A program made the translations under genes and the position numbers. DNA of 63,025 bases, the filler included, from Reticulomyxa filosa (lineage: Eukaryota; Protista; Foraminifera), in assembly GCA_000512085.1 (NCBI GenBank). It is 26 parts of 26 records of this genome, joined end to end, with 100 filler letters (N's around TTAATTAATTAA, not from the genome) between each part and the next. Parts side by side here need not be neighbours in the genome. Positions count along the whole stretch, not along the records: positions 61,448 to 63,025 come from ASPP01010767.1; 25 more parts are not named here. The stretch is one strand, 5' to 3'. The notes under the pieces are model-generated. The model was not told the origin of the DNA, did no database searches, and worked only from the letters and a program-made list of their open reading frames with translations. This document shows, one piece after another, positions 62,932 through 63,025 of this stretch (position 1 is its first letter; the number at the start of each line of letters is the position of its first letter).

Positions 62932-63025
62932 CTTTTACTTGCCATTTCTTGTGTCTCTTGTAGCTATTGTTTTCTTGTGCTTTCAATGTTCCAATTTCGT
63001 TTTTTTTAAATAAAATAAAATAAAA

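Noticed and set aside
1-63025. Apparent clustering of trafficking or immune genes (Rab1A, REP, AP3B, Arf; NLR, caspase-like, NOX)
   Set aside because: Mostly on different concatenated contigs, so adjacency is arbitrary.

Overview
This window is not one locus. It is 26 short draft-assembly contigs joined by an artificial 100-nt spacer (N44-TTAATTAATTAA-N44), so gene order across spacers means nothing. 25 contigs are AT-rich, intron-containing eukaryotic DNA. The expanded WD40 family (motif NNIGVIGGNGYTICSGS), Kelch-like family and SAR-type Rab1A point to a rhizarian, most likely the foraminiferan Reticulomyxa filosa (inference from recalled family motifs, not a search). One contig (11696-13384) is GC-rich bacterial DNA. 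Recognisable genes, mostly partial: GCN5-type HAT, AP-3 beta, MnmA/TRMU, Rab1A, NADPH-oxidase-like C-terminus, an NLR-like (NACHT tail + pentapeptide + 16 WD40) protein, Rab escort protein, Ku80, an Arf-like GTPase, a 7TM-like protein, a HAD_SAK_2-type phosphatase and a Tudor/MBT-like-SAM-RING protein. There are also many WD40/Kelch paralogues and pseudogenes, and remnants of a LINE (RNase H), a Ty3/gypsy integrase and a Tc1/mariner-like terminus. The best candidate for an undescribed system is a ~33-aa exon-bounded module placed N-terminal to WD40 propellers and C-terminal to Kelch propellers. It may be a shuffled adaptor, possibly ubiquitin-ligase-recruiting, for a large variable-receptor repertoire that occurs alongside NLR-like and caspase-like genes. 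Exon boundaries were read by hand, and many frameshifts sit in homopolymers and may be sequencing errors.
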